Part shown: positions 37,341-51,570 of the stretch, piece by piece
Numbering within the stretch: position 1 is the stretch's first letter
Layout of the letters: each line of letters opens with the position of its first letter
NCBI RefSeq assembly: GCF_963921235.1
Contig: NC_086097.1
Span: 138,696,001 to 138,760,000 of the forward strand
DNA length: 64,000 bases
Source of the DNA: Mobula hypostoma
Lineage: Eukaryota
Reading direction: 5' to 3'
The notes under the pieces: generated by a model
Seen by the model: the letters and a program-made list of their open reading frames with translations, nothing else
Told to the model about the DNA's origin: nothing
Databases searched by the model: none
Program-made: the position numbers and the translations under genes

Positions 37341-37748
37341 CTGATTTTGGTGCCAATATGTACTGTACAAATTACCTCTAGGGTTCTTCATCTGCTCTTT
37401 CAAGATGTTCTGCAGCCGTTCCTGACATGCTTGACCCTACCACCATGAACTTGCCACCTAATGTTCCCTCACAATAAAATCCACTATTGCTCAGTCCTAA
37501 CACTCTCCTTCCTCCCCCTTCTGCACTCATCCACCCACACACATAAGCACAGTGGACAGCACACACACATAAGACTCTACATGGTTAAGGGTCAGCATTT
37601 AGGTTCTGTGTGATGAAACAGGAGATAAGACCTTCTCAAACTTGTCACTAAACTACCTGCCTTTCTCCATTTCTCTCTCTCCATCTATCTCTATCTGTCA
37701 GTCTGTTTCCCGAACTGTCTGCCTTCCAGTAGCTCTTCAAGCTGCTCT

Positions 37749-40700
37749 ATAAGACCATAAGACATAGGAGCAGAATTAGGCCATTTGGCCCATCGAGTCT
37801 GCTCTGCCATTTCATCATGGCTGATCTATTTTCCCTTTCAACTCCATTCTCCTACCTCCTCCCCATAATCTTTCACACCCTGACTAATCAACCTCTGCCT
37901 TAAATATACCCAGTGACCTGGCCTCCACAGCTACCTAAGGCAATGAATTCCACAGACTCACCACCCTCTGGCTAAAGAAATTCCTCCTCATCTTTGTTCT
38001 AAATGAACATCCCTCTATTCCGAAGCTGTGCCCTCTGGTCCTAGACTACCCACTATAGAAAACATCCTCTTCACATCCACTCTATCGAGGACTCCTAAAT
38101 CCCTTTGCAACTTGGAGTTTTGAATTTTCTGCCTGTTTAGAAAATAGTCGATGCTATTGTTCCTTTTACTAAAGTGAATGACTATACACTTCCCGACAGT
38201 GTATTCCAGCTGCCACTTCTTTGCCCATTCTCCTAATCTGTCTCAGTCCTTCTGCAGCCTCTCTGCTTCGTTAACACTCTCTGCCCCTCCATCTATCTTC
38301 ATGTTGTCCACAAACTTGGCCACAAAGCCATCATTGAAAAACATTGATATATTACATGAAAAGAGGCGGTCCCAATAGCAAACCCTGTAAAGCACCACTA
38401 GTCACTGGCAGCCGACCAGAAAAAGCGTCCTTTCTTCCCACTCTTTGCTTCATGCCAATCAACCAATCCTATATCCGTGCTAGTATCTTTCCTGTAACAC
38501 CATGGGTTCTTACCTTGTTAAGCAGCTTCATGTGCGGCACTTATCAAAGACATTCTGAAAATGCAAGTACACAATATCTACTAATCTGCCCTTTGTCTAT
38601 CTTGGTTATTATTTCTTCAAAGATTTCCAATAGGTTTGTCAAGCAAGACCCTCCCTTAAGGAAACCAAGCTGACTACGGCCTGTGCTGACATGTGCCTCC
38701 AAGTACTCCAAAACCACATCCTTACCAGTCGACTCCAACATCTTCCAAACCACTGAGGTCAGACTAACTGGCATATAATTTCCTTTCTTCCTCCTCCCTC
38801 CCATCTTGAAGAGTGGACTGACATATGCCAGTCCTCAGGAACCATGCCAAAATCTAGTGATCCTTGAAAGATCATTACCAATGTCTCCACAATCTCCCAG
38901 ACCATGGAGGGCAGTCCATCTGGTCCGGGTGACTTATCTACCTATAAACCTTTCAGCTTCCCAAGCACCTTCTCCCTAGTAATAGCAATTGCACTTACTT
39001 CTGCCTCTTGACACTCTTGAACTTCTGGCACACTGCTAGTGTCTTCCACAGTGAAGACGGATGCAAAATACTTATTTAGTTTGTCTGCCATTTCCTTCTC
39101 CCCCATTAATTCTTCTCTAGTGTCATTTTCCAGTGGTCTGATATCTACCCTCACTTCTCGTTTATTCTTTAAATATCTGAAAAAAAGTTTTGGTGAACCC
39201 TTTGATATTATTGGCTATCTTACCTTCATATTTCACCTTTTCCATCCTTATGGCTTTTTAAGTTGCTTTATGTTAATTTTATAAGCTTTCCAATCCATCC
39301 ACTGACTTCCCACTAATTTTTGCTCTATTCTTTGCTCTCTCTTTTGTTTTTATGTTGTTTTTGACTTCCCTTGTCACCAACAGTTGCATCATCCTGCCTT
39401 TAGAATACTACTTCTTTACGATTTATCTATCCAGTGCCTTCTGAATTTCTCCCAGAAACATCGCCAGTACTGTTCTTTTGTCATCCCTGCTGGTGTTCCT
39501 CTTCAATTAACTTGGGTCAGTTCCTCTCTCATCCCTCTATAATTCCTTTTACTCCACTGTAATACTGATACATCTGACTTTAGCTTCTCCCTCTCAAATT
39601 GCAGGGAGAAGTCCACCATATTATGATCACAGCCTCCCAAGGGTTCCTTTACCTTGAGCTCTCTACTCAAGTCTGGTTCATTACACAAAGTCCAATTCAG
39701 AAAAGATTTTTCCCTCGTATGCTCAACCACAAGTTACTCGAAAAAGTCATCTCGTAGGCATTCTACAAATACTCTCTCTGGGATCCAGCAACAACCTAAT
39801 TTTCCCAATCTACCTGCATACCGAGATCCCCTATGATTATCATAACATTGCCCTTTTGACGTGCATTTTCTGTCTCCTGTTGTGATTTGTAGCCCACATC
39901 CTGGCTACTGTTGAGAGGCCTAGATATATATCCCATCTAGGTCTTTTTACCCTTGAAGTTTCTTAACTCTACACACAAAGATTCTACATCTTCTGGTCCC
40001 ATGTCACCTCTTTCTAAGGATTTGATTTAATTTTTTACCGACAAAGCCAACCCCCTCCACCTACCTACCTACCTATCCTTTTGATAGGACGTGTATCCTT
40101 GGATGTTAAACTTCCAACTATGATCTTCTTTCAGTCACGTTTCAATGATGCCCACAAACTCTAACTGCATCACAAGGTCATCTACCCTATTCCGTATACT
40201 GTATGCATTCAGATGTGGAGACCTTCTGTCCCGTATTCATCACCCTTTTCAATTTTGCTCCCATGTGACACTGCAACTGATCCCTCTGACTGCAATTTTA
40301 CCCCATCATCTGCCTGTCCTTCCTCACAGTCTCACTGCACTCTGCATCAACTTGTATACCAACTGCCCCATCCTCAGCCCTATCACTCTGGTTCCCATCC
40401 CCCTGCCATTTTAAACCCTTCCCAACAGCTCCAGCAAACCTGCCCGCAAGGATATTGGTCCCCCTTGGGTTCAGCTGTAACCCGTCCCTTTTGTACTGGT
40501 CATACCATACCCTCCCCAGATGGGATCCCAAAAGTCCAGAAGTCTGAAGGCTTGCCCCCTGCACCAATTCTTCAGCAACACATTCATCTGCCAAATCATC
40601 CTATTCTTACCTTCGCTGGCGAATGTCACAGGCAGCAGTCCAGAGATCACTACCCGGGAAGTCCTGCTTTTCAGCTTTCTACCTAGTTCCCCAATGTCGT

Positions 40701-40795
40701 TAGTGCCAATATATACTAAGCCCTCTGGCTCCTCACCCTCCCTCTTCAGAATGCAATGGACCCAGTCCGAGAAGTCCCTGTCCCTGGCACCTGGG
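37749..40795 (-). mobile_element. Long degraded CR1 with ORF1 SGNH-esterase domain, endonuclease and partial RT
   Basis: Minus ORFs VYIGTNDIG...SRVVISGLLPV...YKRDGLQLNPRGTNILA (esterase), EPLGGCDHNMV (APE endonuclease end) and NYMPVSLTSVV...SCLTNLLE (RT); internal deletions; tail at 37749. Confidence 0.9.
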
Positions 40796-40828
40796 GGGTA
40801 GCCCGAAAACTCACGTCCCTTACCAAGC

Positions 40829-40953
40829 AACACACAAAGTGCTGGAGGAACTCAGTGGGGCACACAGAAACTTTAACTGTCCATCTCCCTCCATAGACGC
40901 TGTCTGACCCGCTGAGTTTCTCCAGATTTCTGGCATCTGCAGTCTCCCGTGTC
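40829..40953. mobile_element. 125-bp fold-back Penelope-derived insertion with 13-bp TSD
   Basis: TCCCTTACCAAGC at 40816-40828 and 40954-40966; internal inverted repeat ctggaggaactcagtggg / cccgctgagtttctccag. Confidence 0.75.
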
Positions 40954-41894
40954 TCCCTTACCAAGCTGTTTCTTCTCCCATCTGCTGCTTGCGTGGTTTG
41001 ATGTTAAATGATGCTTGGCGAGCATGTTATGAAGCTTCTTTGTTTATTGTATCGTGTTAAGGGCACTGTACCTGTGGAAATTGCGGTGTGATTGTGAGTC
41101 CTGCGAAGGACGGTGTAGGGTATGTGCATGGGTTTGCTGGCTGGATTGTGCTGGATAATCGTAATGGAAGGAGAGATTCCAATGCTTTTCTCAACAGCAC
41201 AAGACCTGTATGATGGCATAAGTTTGATGATGGGCAAATGATGCCGACTGATGCCGCGATGGTAGTTGCAGCAGGTCAATTCCTGAGCTTGTACATTCTT
41301 GCCATGATCAGATGGGTTTCCTCTGGCTGCTCCAGCCTCCTCCCACATTCCTAGGACGAACGTTAAGGGTTAGGGAGTCGAGTGGATGCCACGCTGGCCC
41401 TGGAAGTGTGGCGACGCTTGCGATGTCTGCACAGTCCTGGCTGATTTGGCTTGATGCCATTGATGCATTTCACTGTAAGTTTGAATGTACATGTCTGGGG
41501 AAAAAGAAAGCTAATCCATCCTTTTCTTTCACACAGCACTTCCTACAAACAACAGGGTGACCATTAGTGTGTGCCCTGCTCTGCCAGATGTGGATGAATA
41601 GAAATCGTCCTCTGGCATTGGTAGTCCTCCCAGGTTCTTTCACTGAGACAAAGCCATGGGATCTTTTACACCAAACAAACAGGACAATCAGGGCCTCGAG
41701 TTTAACATCTCATCCACCATTGTCACCATCATCAACGAATCATTTATCTTCTTGCCCAGAGGATCTTGCTGTGCATGAAGTTGGCCACGGCCTTCCTCTA
41801 AACACCGGAGAAAGTATTTCATCAGCTGCAAAATCAGTGGGGTGTGATATGCTTTGTCTGGTAAACAATACAAGTGGATTTGACCCAATCAATT

Positions 41895-42250
41895 AAAATG
41901 GCACAGGAAGAGTCTAGTCGGCCCATCTGTCCATGCCGGCTCCGAGAGGAGACATCCCACCAGTCCCATTCTCCTCTTCTTGTTCCCTGAACCCTTACTA
42001 TTCCCCCCCACAATGTCCACCAACTCGTCTTTGAATACTCCTTCCCTCTTACACCAGAGGCCAACTGCAGCAGCCAATCCCATCTTTTGTGATGCAGAGG
42101 TGGGGTGGGAGCCGGTGCCCCGGCAGAAATCCACACGGCTGCGGAGAGATACGCAAGCTCGCACAGGCAGTGCCGGGAGCCAGACTCGAACCTGGGTCAC
42201 TGGAGCGGTGTGGCAGACGCACTACCCGCTGCACTCCCTTGCTGCCTTGC
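41895..42250 (-). mobile_element. HE1-like V-SINE (tRNA head, V domain, CR1-like tail)
   Basis: Minus strand gtgcagcgggtagtgc...ccaggttcgagtctgg (B box), V-domain-like body, and a CR1-type hairpin tail. Confidence 0.65.
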
Positions 42251-43379
42251 TGTGACCCTTGCAGATGAGGCGTTTGCTGTCTTTTTCCTCACTAACTCAG
42301 CTAGTCCTTTTCATTAAGTCGCAAGCTGCCAAATCTGGTGTCTTGAGTTTAACAGCACAATCTTGGTCACAAAGCCCAAGCCTAATTTATTTCAGAAGCA
42401 GTCAACACATGCACTTTTCCAAAGCCTTCCTGTTAACACTGAAGATACTATGGTTGCTCTGGGAATTGCATAATGCGATCATCATCGATCATATTGGACT
42501 GAGATTTGATACTTGTTTCACCAAGTTCTGGTTTCCATGACGACTACCTTGTCTCCTCTGTGTAACAACCTTGCAAAGCATTCTCCTGGCAGCTACCCGG
42601 TTGCATTTTTTCAGGTGTTAAGTGGATATATTTTCATTAGATCTAGAGATTCTAGTTTGTCAGCCCCATAAACACAATTTTGGGCATTTTCACCCTGCCT
42701 TTCTTGCTACCAACTATCCCTGAACACTCTCAGCCTCCTCCCAGGTGCTCCCATTTTCTCCCCCATCCCAGGATGTACTGGTAGGTTAATTGGTGACTGT
42801 AACTTATGCTTTGTTGCCCATAAGCGACAAAACGATTCAGAGAAGAGTTGGGGGCAGGGGTGGGTGTGAATGTGAAAGAAAAGGTTGCAAGGAGACACGG
42901 AAATGGGGTGGATTGAAAAATGCATGCACAACAAACCACAGGCATAAACCTACTCGAGTTCCTGACCCCAACCCTGATCCTGACCCTGGCTTGCACTCCC
43001 CCTCATGTACCAAGCTCAGTCTGTCAGTAAACTTTCACGTTCCCGACACCTGGTGACCCCCCCCCCCCACATCTGGCATGGCCGTATATTGGCCGTTGCT
43101 GTATCAGCACAAACAAAGCATCTTGAGGAAAACAGAGGGTTCCTGAGGAACATGAGGTGTTAACCAGGAGCACATGGCTGGCCTCATGATGATCTGTGAA
43201 TGACAAGAACTGTGGACAGCTGTTCCTTCCAGGTTGGTGCAAAACCAGCCTGGAAAAATGTGCTCAGCTGTGGCTTATGAGGGACAATAGATCCAAGGAG
43301 AACAAGTAGAAAATGGCTGGATATGGCAGCACTTCTGAAAGTGAGAACTGTTTACAAGTGAGTGAAGGAGGGCCAAGGT

Positions 43380-45060
43380 TATAGAACTCAGAACATTACA
43401 GCATAGTTCAGAACATTACAGCATAGTCCAGACCCTTTGAACCACAATGTTGCGTCGACCTGTTAATCTACTGTACGATCAATCTAACGCTTTGTTCTCC
43501 ATTTTTCTATCATCCATGTGCCTAAGAGTTTCTAAAATGCCCCTAATGTATCTGCTTCTGGCAGGGAATTCCATGCGCCCAAAACTTTCTGAGTAAAAAA
43601 AAATACTTACCCCTGATATTCCACACCCGCCCCCCCCCCCGGACTTTGCTCCTATCACCTTAAAATTATGCCTCCTTGTATTAGTCATTTCCACCCTGGG
43701 AAAATGTCTCTGGCTGTTCACTCTATCTATGCCTCTAATCATCTTGTACACCTCAATCAGGTCACCTTTCATCCTCCTTTGCTCCAAAGAGGAAAGCCCC
43801 AGCTCACTCAACTTTCCTTCATAAACATGCTGTCTAGCGGATGGGAAAATAGACTATGAGGGTAAGCTAGCAGAGAGCATAAAAACTGACTGTAAAAGCT
43901 TCTGTGAATATGTAAAAGAAAAAGATTAGATCCTTTACAGTTATCATTGGTGGGATTTGATAACGAGGAGCAAAGGCATTTTGGAACAATCATTTATATT
44001 GTTTCTGCCTTCACAAAGGAGGATACAGTCAATCCACAGGAATGTGAGAGGATGCAGGGAAAGGAGCTGAATAAGTTTTGGTCAGGAAAACATGTGTGTA
44101 GTTGATGGCATTCAGCAGGGAAAATTTCCCCAGCCTCTGAGATCTACATCCAATAAGGAACAGGCCGCGGTAATAATAGATGGGTTGCTGATCATTTTCC
44201 AAAGTTCTGTAGACTCTGGATGAGTTCCAATAGACTGAAGAGTAGCTATTGTTACCTCACAACTTAAAAAGAGGAGTGAGAGGAAACAGGATGTTATTGA
44301 CGAGTCAGTCACGGAGAAAATGAAAGATGCAACAGAGCAGAAGGAAAATGGTGACAAGATCAGAGAAAGTCAGCATGGGTTTATGAAAAGGAAATCAAAC
44401 CCCCATTCTTGACAACTCTACTTTTTTTTTGGTTTTGAGGATGTAACTATCAGAATAGATAAACCAATAGATGTGGTGTATTAGGACTTACAGAGATTTG
44501 CACATAAATGATCTGCCTGCAAACTTGAAACACATGGGGTTGAGGCAAAGATAGAGAACTGGCTAGCAGACAGGAAACAGAGAAGCAGTAAACAGGACTT
44601 TTTCACGGTGGTTGGTAGATTGTCGTGGAGCATCAGTCGGATTGTTGCTGGGAACCCCCTGTTTACAAGGTGGTGATGACTTAGATGAAGGAATTAAATG
44701 TAATGGGTGGGAGGGCGAGGAGGATGCAAAGAGGCACCACTGTGATTTGAATGGCTTGAAGGAATGGGCAGATACGTGGCAGCAGAAATATAATGTGGGA
44801 AAATGTGAGATTCTTTACTTTGGTGATAAAAATAAGAAGGCAGGTTATTATTTGAATGGCAATAGATTGGGAAAAAGGGAGGTGAAATAAGACCAGTCGA
44901 TGAAGATAAACATGCAGGTGTAGCAGGCTGTTAAGATGATAAACGGATCGTTGGCCTTCATAATGAGAGAAGTAGACTACAGGATTAGGCTTACATCACT
45001 ACAATTATACAGTACTTTGGTGAGTCCATACTTTCAGAAATGATTTTGGTCTCTGCTGTA
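43380..45060. mobile_element. Two adjacent CR1 fragments (minus 3' end 43380-43835; plus ORF2 43845-45060)
   Basis: ORF MSELGLSSLEQRRMKGDLIEVYKMIRG on minus; DLDEGIKC...KYNVGKCEILYFG on plus. Confidence 0.8.
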
Positions 45061-48000
45061 GGGGGTGTGTAGCAAAGAGTGATACATATGAGCAATATAT
45101 AGCAACAATTTAACCCAACGATTTTTGAGAGGTGGGAGGGAAACCAGAGCACTCAGATGAAACCTTCAGAGTCACGGGGGGAGCTTGCAAGCTCAAAATT
45201 AAAATCAGGTTCTCTGCCACCTGCCTGTATTCCACTGGTAACCTTGCCAAGAGAGTTTGATGATTTTCCTAATGTGTATAGTGCTGTGGAGTGTGAGCTG
45301 GTGTGTCCAGTGCTGGTGTGCGGATTGAGGGGTGAGATGGTGTTTCTCTGTCTTTCTGCTGGGACTGCCTCTCTACCTCTTCTCTTGGCCAAAGGCTTAT
45401 GAGTCTGCACGTCTGCAGGCACTGTCCCAAACCCGGGATCGATAGATGGCTGGAAATCTTGTTAGGTCTGTGTGGATCCGACCTAATGCTCACCATTGAA
45501 GCCAAGTGTGTCACATCTGGTCTCCGAGTGTGCATGGGCATGGTGCTGTTTGAAGCTGTGAACTCTGCTGTGTTACATCAAGAGATGTACACTGTTACAT
45601 CTGCCTTGCCCCAGAGCTCCTCTCATCTCATATGGTTTTGATTTCGTCTTATCTCATCTCCAATTTTAAATCCGTTCATTGTTGCTTCTACAAGTCATCT
45701 GACCATTTTTAATTCTGTCACATATCTCTTCTATACTTATTTCTAAAAAGTTGCTGATAATTAAACCTGGAAATATTTTTTACATAAACAACTGTGTGCA
45801 GGTTTATTGCAATATCTCTGCTCAAATTGACAAGGTATGGGTACTGAGAATTAAGCCCGTCTACACAGAGATTACAAAGGGAGGTTTTGCTTGAATGAGA
45901 GTCAACATTATGTTGCAGAGAAGCTGGTGTCTGCTATGTGATGATGGCTGAGGGTTCAGGGTTCATGTTTTGTTTAAAAGAAGTGGACTTTAGCACTTTT
46001 GGATGCAATTTCCTTTTTCAAATACTTTTATTTTGCTCATTATTTATGCACTGTATAAAATGCTAGCCGTGGTTTGACATAATTTATATAATTTCTTTTG
46101 GCAAGTCACCATTGTTATTTTTCACTTGTCTGCTTAGGAAGAATGTTAAAAGTTGTATTTGGTTCTAACATGAGCTCTGGACTCCAGCCCTGGGCCAGGC
46201 TTGAGAGTCCCCCAATCCCTCTGGCTCTGGTAGTCGTGCCTACGGCTCTGAAAGTCCCAAGCTCTGGAATTCTCTTCCTAGATTTCAAGGCCTATCTGGC
46301 TTTCTTTTTATTTGGAACTCTTGCTTGACCAATCCTTAGTCTGCAATTACTGATATTCATCTTTGCATCTGATTTGGGATCTTTATATCTTGTTATCTGA
46401 TGAATCCTTGCCAGACAGAGTGGTGCAGAAAACTATTCTGAATGGCAGCATATGGTTCTACAGGGAGGATGTGGTGGCACTAGAGGAGGTGCAGAAGATT
46501 AACATGAATGGTGCCTGGGTTAGAGAATGGTCAACATTAGGAGAGATTGTTGTCTTCTTTAGAACAAAGGAGTTTAGGAAAAGGTTTATTTGAGGGATAT
46601 GAGGTTAGGAAGGCCTGTGACAGGGTTAGCAGGAAGGCACTCAATAACCAGAGTATTGTGTTACTGAGTGGATGTATTATAGGGGAGGGGAAGAAGGGAC
46701 CCTGAAAGGTTGGTGACAGTGTTTCTTACGAACCAGCTGGGTGTGCACCTGGATATGTTGAATGGCGTCCTTCTGTGTAGTGAATTTCCGAGTCTGATCT
46801 ACAGTGTCTATTTCAGTTCAGCAGGAAGCATAAGATGTCCAGTCTGCCCATGGCACACAGAAAAGTCACTCAGCCCAGGGGGGCTGCAGTCTCCTCTGAG
46901 ATTAAACCAATGATCTACAAAGCAGAATGTAAGAAGCTTGTAATTTGTGAATTGTTGCTAACTATGATGCTAATTTAATGGTTTAACCAAATTTAAGAGT
47001 TTCTATAATGGATTTGAAGACATTATATAGGTCCCAGTCTGCTAGTGTGAAAATAAAGGTCAGACACCTCTGTAGTCCAAAGCCAGGTGCCCTGGTAGCA
47101 CAAATGTGAATTGGGTTAGTCTTGACACATCTCTGACTCTCTCTGTGATCTTTACTGGAGTTTTGATACTTCATTGTCAGACTGTGAGTAAGATTTCTGC
47201 CTGATCTGAAACCTCAGCTCAATCTGGCAACAAGTTCAAATCCTGGAGTTTCAAGGTTTATCTACTGGTCTTTCCTGTGTCACCCATCCTGTTACCAACT
47301 GTCCAGCACCGGACAGGTTAATAGCACAGATGTGGTCATGTATCTAACATCTAAAGCGTGGCACAAGCCCATCTCCAGGGTGGAGTGCTGGACATAAGAT
47401 GCCTTTGCACTTTTGTTACCTTGGGCAGAGAGGGAGTGCTGAGCTTTATTTGTTTGTTAAGGAAGCCCTGGTTCCCAGTCCATGCTGGGCCCCACTCTTT
47501 AGGAAAGACATTGACGGTTTAAAGAGCTACAGTGTGTATTGTCTGGGCGGCTGCCTGGTACAGTACTTGAAACACTGGATGGAGACTTCTTGTCAGTGTC
47601 CTAGATGCAGGTAACCAGAATTATAGGAGATTGGATGAGGGAGCTGGACACAAAGTGATCTGGTTGGAGCAAGAGAGCAAGAAACCATGGGAGTCGGAAA
47701 TCCAAAGCAAAAACAGAAGTTCATGTAATGAAGGGTGTGTGTGTGTGTGTGTGTTGGGGGTGTTTAGGGAATAAGTGCAATAGGACCATGATGTGTGGAT
47801 GTGTGTGTGGGAGTGGGGTTGAGGGTGGAGGAGGCAAGAGGGGTAAGGAATTATGTATGTGTTTTTGTGCATACAAGTATTTATGTGCGTGGGGTGGATG
47901 GGGAGGGGAGCTAAATGTTATGAAGACTGCAGGTGTAAATGTGACCAAGATTTTGTATGCATACATGTATGGATGTGTGACCAAGACCATGTGTGTACAG

Positions 48001-49125
48001 TATGTAGGAGGGTCAGTACTACCAGGACTGTCCATATTGGGAATAAATGCCAACATAGGTCGATGGGTCGAATGGCCTGTCTTGGTGAAGCAATGACGTG
48101 GGCTTGTCACTGTTCCATGTTTCACCTGCACTTACCATTGTTTCCAGCTCCCACTTCAGATATTGAGTTTACTCCAGATATACTAAAGGACTTCACAGTA
48201 TCCCCACGTGCCAGGGGAAGCAATCCTTCTCAACTTCAGTTGTTCATCGGGTTTTGATCATTTTATCATTACTCGAGATGCCTTCAGAACTGGAAGCAGG
48301 CCCTTTTGGGGTCTGCATTTAAAGCGCTCAGACAAGTTCTAAAGCCCAGAGGAAGTATTTTCCCCAACCCCTATCCCCCACCCCCAACTCCAGAGTGTGG
48401 TGACGCTTTGTTTTACCAGTCACTGCTCTGGTATTGTTGCATGGTGGAGCTCTGAACAGGACCGTGAGTTGTCCACTCAGGCATCCTAACAGTGGATTCT
48501 ATTATATGGGGCAGCCGAGGCTCTCATTCTCTCTCAAATCCTCCGTTTTCCTTCACACATCAGACATCAGGACCCTTTCAGTGTCCCAACACACTCCCAT
48601 GCTGAGCATCAAGAGATGTGAATCTGGTTGGTGAACAGGGGCAGTGTTACTGTGTGGTAAATGGTTGCCACCATCGTGTCCTCCTCCTAGTTTGTAATTC
48701 ATTCCAGTCTCTGCATGTCTTCACGTTCACCTGCCTGATCTCACCCCCTCCACCATCACTTCTCCCATCGCTGCCTTACGTTTGTCCGCTTGTGTCTTCG
48801 AGCTCCAGAATCCCCTTCCTAACCCCCGCTACCTCTTGCTCTCCTGCCGGAAGCCACCCTGGCAGCCATGCCTCAGATGTGACTTAGTGTAGTTATGTTA
48901 CTATGGTGACATTCCATACAGTGCACTGGGATGGACTTTCCACGTTGAAGATGCAGAGGTTGTTATTACATTTGTGTTCTAGGGCCACCCCGTGCTTTTC
49001 CACGGTCATAATGGATCACTGTCTGTTGGGGTTTAGCACTCTTGTGAAGATATGGTTTCAGTGTGAGCTTTAGTTCCAGCTCCTGACCCTGCTGTTGGAT
49101 TATCTCCCCTGTTGTTATTCTGCAG

Positions 49126-49314
49126 CAAACGCAGGACTGTACCCAATCTGTAAGGGCTGTCTCCTTTGTTCGAAGGATAATGGATGCCTTAGCTGCCAGC
49201 AGAAGCTGTTCTTTTACCTCCGACGACAGGGAATGCGTCAGTTTGGTGAATGCCTCCACTCCTGCCCCTCGGGGTACTATGGTCTGCGGGCGCCTGAGAT
49301 GAACAGATGTGCAA
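49126..49314 (+). CDS. RSPO2: R-spondin-2(-like) coding exon 2: furin-like domain FU1
   Basis: tctgcag| acceptor and A|gtaggt donor, 189 nt. Encodes ANAGLYPICKGCLLCSKDNGCLSCQQKLFFYLRRQGMRQFGECLHSCPSGYYGLRAPEMNRCA; ZNRF3/RNF43-contact residues R65, M68 and Q70 are present. Confidence 0.96.
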
Positions 49315-49959
49315 GTAGGTCTCACATTATTGTATTTGCTTTGCTCTGCTTATGCTTTGCTTGCACCTGCAGGCACAACCTCTTTTCACACTAAGCCCAG
49401 GCAAGGATTTGGTTTCACATTTAAGAAGCAAATCTCCAGAGTGCTCACTAGGCTGGGCAGCGGTGATGAAGAGAGGAACCTCTCTCAGCTTCACTTGATC
49501 ATTTGTATTGCAGCTCCAGCCTACTTTTACTTTGTAAAGTTTCCGGGATCAGAGTGTCCCCTGGCCAGCCCATGGGTAATGGCCCAGTCTGAAGCTGTCA
49601 CAATGTTTAGGCTGTGGCTGTCTCTGAAAGTAGCTATCTACTTACCGGTTTATTTTGGTTTGATGGTTTGGGGAATACATCTTGTTCGAATGAGCAGTGC
49701 ATACATGCCTCTTGCTCTGATTTACACTGGTGTGTGATGTGGTTTCAAAGCCTACATTTCTCTCGACACGGTTTAAATGTTAGAAATGAGTGCTGAATGT
49801 GTTTTCATTTTTTGCCGTCAAAATACTCCTCTGGTTGGTTTTCAAACCTTGGAGGCATTCTCCCTTTTCTGTGTTTCCCTGGCATTTCCTTTAATTATTG
49901 CTGGTCTCCCAGGTGGTAACTGGGCTGGGGGTGAGGGTGGGTGGAGAAGTGATGCCCAG

Positions 49960-51570
49960 CTGGGGTTGGGAGTAGAGGGGTGATGTTGGTGGGATTGGGG
50001 ATGGAGATAGCAGAGTGATGTTTGCTGGGGTTGGGGGTAGAGGGGTGATGTTGGTGGGATTGGGGATGGAGATAGAAGGGTAGTGTTTGCTGGGGTTGGG
50101 GGTAGAGGGGTGTTGTTGGTGGGATTGGGGATGGAGATAGATGGGTGGTGTTTGCTGGGGTTGGGGGTAGAGTGGTGATGTTGGTGGGATTGGGGATGGA
50201 GCTGGATGGGTGGTGTTTGCTGGAGTTGGGGTAGAGGGGTGATATTGGTGGGATTGGGGATGGAGATAGCAGAGTGATGTTTGCTGGGGTTGGGATAGAG
50301 GGGTGATGTTGGTGGGATTGGGGATGGAGATAGCAGAGTGATGTTTGCTGGGGTCGGTGGTAGAGGGGTGATGTTGGTGGGATTGGAGATGGAGATAGAA
50401 GGGTGGTGTTTGCTGGGGTTGGGGGTAGAGGGGTGATGTTGGTGGGATTGGGGATGGAGATAGATGGGTGGTGTTTGCTGGGTTTGGGGGTAGAGTGGTG
50501 ATGTTGGTGGGATTGGGGATGGAGATAGATGGGTGGTGTTTGCTGGGGTTGGGGGTAGAGGGGTGATGTTGGTGGGATTGGGGATGGAGATAGATGGGTG
50601 ATGTTTGCTGGGGTTGGGGGTAGAGGGGTGATGTTGATGGGATTGGAGATGGAGATAGATGGGTGGTGTTTGCTGGGTTTGGGGGTAGAGGGGTGATGTT
50701 GGTGGGATTGGGGATGGAGATAGATGGGTGGTGTTTGCTGGGGTTGGGGGTAGAGTGGTGATATGGGAGGGATTGGGGATGGAGATAGATGGGTGGTGTT
50801 TGCTGGGTTTGGGGGTAGAGGGGTGATGTTGGTGGGATTGGGGATGGAGATAGATGGGTGGTGTTTGCTGGGGTTGGGGGTAGAGTGGTGATATGGGAGG
50901 GATTGGGGATGGAGATAGATGGGTGGTGTTTGCTGGGTTTGGGGGTAGAGGGGTGATGTTGGTGGGATTGGGGATGGAGATAGATGGGTGGTGTTTGCTG
51001 GGGTTGGGGGTAGAGTGGTGATATGGGAGGGATTGGGGATGGAGATAGATGAGTGGTGTTTGCTGGGTTTGGGGGTAGAGGGGTGATGTTGGTGGGATTG
51101 GGGATGGAGATAGATGGGTGGTGTTTGCTGGGGTTGGGGGTAGAGTGGTGATATGGGAGGGATTGGGGATGGAGATAGATGAGTGGTGTTTGCTGGGTTT
51201 GGGGGTAGAGGGGTGATGTTGGTGGGATTGGGGATGGAGATAGATGGGTGGTGTTTGCTGGGGTTGGGGGTAGAGTGGTGATATGGGAGGGATTGGGGAT
51301 GGAGATAGATGAGTGGTGTTTGCTGGGTTTGGGGGTAGAGGGGTGATGTTGGTGGGATTGGGGATGGAGATAGATGGGTGGTGTTTGCTGGGGTTGGGGG
51401 TAGAGGGGTGATGTTGGTGGGATTGGGGATGGAGATAGAAGGGTGGTGTTTGCTGGGTTTGGGGGTAGAGTGGTGATGTTGGTGGGATTGGGGATGGAGA
51501 TAGATGGGTGGTGTTTGCTGGGGTTGGGGGTAGAGGGGTGATGTTGGTGGGATTAGGGATGGAGATAAGT
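49960..51570. repeat. G-rich 65-bp minisatellite, about 25 copies, with degraded flanks to about 51870
   Basis: Unit gggtgatgttggtgggattggggatggagatagatgggtggtgtttgctggggttgggggtagag; period 65 (50821, 50886, 50951). Confidence 0.95.
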
